Shown here one piece after another: positions 19,420-20,000 of a stretch of DNA of 20,000 nt. Positions within the stretch are counted from its first letter, which is position 1. Each line of letters opens with the position of its first letter. The stretch is taken from assembly GCF_004010195.1 (NCBI RefSeq), contig NC_057752.1:13159467-13179466 (forward strand). Reading direction: 5' to 3'. Both the position numbers and the translations under genes were made by a program. Below the pieces are notes generated by a model that made no database searches, had not been told where the DNA came from, and saw nothing but the letters and a program-made list of their open reading frames with translations. Source of the DNA: Chiloscyllium plagiosum. Taxonomy: Eukaryota.

Positions 19420-20000
19420 GGATATACCCATTTCAAACACGTATGCTGTTTTGGATAACGTAGGGGGTGATGGATTCTCAGGGGAACGTAGCACAAACAG
19501 CCAAGTTTCTGGTATTGAGACTGGCTCTAATGAATCAAGGGAACGTCAGGTTCCATGAGATCAATTGTGTTATGGGATTCTCTAGTCCGAGGTACAGACA
19601 GACGTTTCTGTGGCCAGCAGAGAAAAAGCAGACTGGTGTGTTGTTTCCCTGGTGCCAGGATCAAGGATGTCTTGGAGAAGGTGCAGAAGTTCTCATGGGG
19701 GAAGAGGGGCCAGCAGGAGGTCATTGTCCACATTGGAACCAATGACCATAGGAAGGGATAAGGTTGAGATTCTAAAGGGAGATTACAGAGAGTTAGGCAG
19801 GAATTTAAAAAGGAGGTCCTCAAGGGTAGTAATATCTGGATTACTCCCAGTGCTACGAGGTAGTGAGGGCAGGAATAGGAGGATAGAGCAGATGAATGCA
19901 TGGCTGAGGAGCTGGGAAATGGGAGAAGGATTCACATTTTTGGATCATTGGAATCTCTTGGGGTAGAAGTGACCTGTACAAGAAGGATGGATTGCACCTA
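19420..20000 (+). mobile_element. CR1 LINE ORF1 region (SGNH/GDSL esterase domain), frameshifted; continues beyond the window
   Basis: Motifs in order: PISNTYAVL, IVLWDSLVR (GDS block, G to W at 19573-19575), CFPGARI, VIVHIGTND (19735-19746), VVISGLLP, and DGLHL (19986-20000). They are spread across several frames. Confidence 0.92.

Noticed and set aside
19213..19558. RE-repeat, SR-like and LA-repeat ORFs
   Set aside because: Translations of the GA microsatellite, not an SR or RERE-type protein.
19555..20000. Host GDSL lipase or domesticated esterase gene
   Set aside because: Motifs and context match CR1 ORF1, with frameshifts and a mutated GDS block.

Overview
Eukaryotic, repeat-rich genomic DNA, almost certainly from a cartilaginous fish (HE1-type SINEs and HER1/CR1-type LINEs). 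The minus strand carries the 3' end of a GRASP55 (GORASP2)-like gene. Three phase-1 exons (15356-15267, 13177-13052, 6800-6589) encode a Ser/Pro-rich tail, followed by a repeat-free ~2.4 kb 3' UTR ending at an AATAAA at 4242-4237. The rest is intronic or downstream sequence filled with CR1 fragments (including an ORF1 esterase at the right edge), tRNA-derived SINEs, a MITE, and about seven copies of a short repeat carrying minimal hammerhead-ribozyme motifs of the Penelope-like-element type. The best-preserved copy (18480-18615) is a 136-bp unit with a perfect 16-bp target-site duplication. Its near-intact ribozyme core is sense to the host pre-mRNA and is potentially occluded by its own 5' inverted repeat. 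Other observations are a candidate alternative terminal exon, a poly(A) hexamer in a hairpin loop, two micro-inversions and several nested insertions. Family names come from recall, not database searches.
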